Of a DNA stretch of 64,000 nucleotides, positions 63,901 through 64,000 are shown one piece after another. Within the stretch, counting starts at the first letter, position 1; each line of letters starts with the position of its first letter. The translations under genes were made by a program, and so were the position numbers. Origin of the DNA: Diplonema japonicum (Eukaryota > Protista > Euglenozoa: Diplonemea); contig OZ025695.1 in assembly GCA_964019335.1 (NCBI GenBank), forward strand, positions 186,001 to 250,000, read 5' to 3'. The notes under the pieces are model-generated. The model ran no database searches. It saw only the letters and a program-made list of their open reading frames with translations, and was not told where the DNA came from.

Positions 63901-64000
63901 ACCGACCACACATGGGGAAGCTGGTTCTGTACCACAGGACCCTCTGCCAGATATTTCTCGATCGTCACTTCTGGTTGGTAACAAGGGATCTTCTTGAAAG
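60972..64000 (-). CDS. Myosin heavy chain (5' end beyond the window): motor domain, IQ-like motifs, charged coiled or single-helix tail
   Basis: GESGAGKT, NDNSSRFGKF, LLEKSR, LLDIFGFE, NSFEQLCIN, WIRCVKP, MGNTKVFLR. Confidence 0.97.
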   Translation of the reverse strand, partial: FKKIPCYQPEVTIEKYLAEGPVVQNQLPHVWSVAHQTYFELVNDRQNQTILISGESGAGKTVAAKIVVEYLTAVSCQKATSEVKDATNQVGVKVQAASPILESFGNAKTVRNDNSSRFGKFMKIQFSTDGFLIGAHTTKYLLEKSRIITAATSERIYHVFYQICAHPDRTKYNLETSDAYVSCNAGKCLTIDGVDDNEDQAACLSSMDNIGMTEEEKTSVWKTVAGILLYQNIEFEEKIDAQNNQASFLDEKNTELLKSSCEQFCVDHQVMLKELTSASTTVGGSVMTKTYPKSKSTDVRDSVSKVMYDTLFQWLVDKINLTTDNTENTANWLGLLDIFGFECFEQNSFEQLCINLANEALQSHYNSYIFVEDMKECQREGIDTTDVTFADNQACLDLLSGKKSVFSMLDEECALPKGSDIQLLSKLHDTFGPGQGKGAKPGHEFYGQPRGEVQRKHPNSFIIRHYAGGVIYDVTSWLEKNKEPLKDEMKLLIRGSSDTLIKCLLPPPPDKSRPTAQITVSGFFKDQVKELIALVNSTNPHWIRCVKPHPAKKPLMWDPAQVMSQLRSAGVIETVRVRKAGYPIRFKHALFCDRYCALLGSEGLNRTKDEDSSQTKSLCQKILDAVGIDKSSGQMGNTKVFLRQVAFIKLNVEKERAVDRYIRVIQKVSRGRSPRHDCFWLFVKKHKVRLEEELKQQAVQAEKDKALEEQRQQAMEEATRIKEAELATKKGKANAIVAARIRGVYCRKMLLMKFIEEERAKEEYRIDALLEKQNQAIATLDAERLKGEAKEAVWQKKKSRDERKRICTGGPVDFEKEIEALSASMLKEKYKKRKEEQRNAYDTKLHDTRKHREEERNKKEEERRKKQACETRQRVLTVEVEKRAQEKFLKELEKKEKQKQATEGDRARHFKVACQRFAAQDDWDHNREHYLARDYDNRSKQERTMRNKQWLVDNDYYSNPPNVLLAPDLTAERGVPSILTQRQKSLEESYQRRLHRDYEVLQSAGVGM

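Overview
Eukaryotic nuclear DNA. All 29 supportable protein-coding genes lie head-to-tail on the minus strand, with spacers as short as 77 nt. This directional gene cluster, together with GTATG-type splice donors, suggests a euglenozoan (diplonemid-like) protist with polycistronic transcription and trans-splicing; the taxon is inference. Non-coding DNA is saturated with long A/T and G/C homopolymers. Reading the minus strand by hand gives about 20 GT-AG cis-introns that rejoin split ORFs; 19 are only 34-76 nt. The most striking signal is that many of these micro-introns have no polypyrimidine tract: the donor is followed by a 20-44 nt poly(A) run up to the acceptor (e.g. GTATGGG-A26-G). Several longer ones are U-tract/A-tract hairpins. 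Genes include a DUF4874/4832 + 2xGH114 secreted glycosidase, PGM3, an LRR kinase, an SQT1-like WD40, CstF-50, a UBR-box/EF-hand/C2 membrane protein, a GT8, an intron-rich MYND Q/A-rich gene with a structured intronic island, an SOS1-like Na+/H+ antiporter, a four-copy array of secreted CxxCH proteins, a TPR-PTPS pseudoenzyme fusion, PCID2 and a myosin cut by the window edge. No tRNA, rRNA, CRISPR array or mobile element was recognised. Homopolymer lengths may be affected by assembly error.
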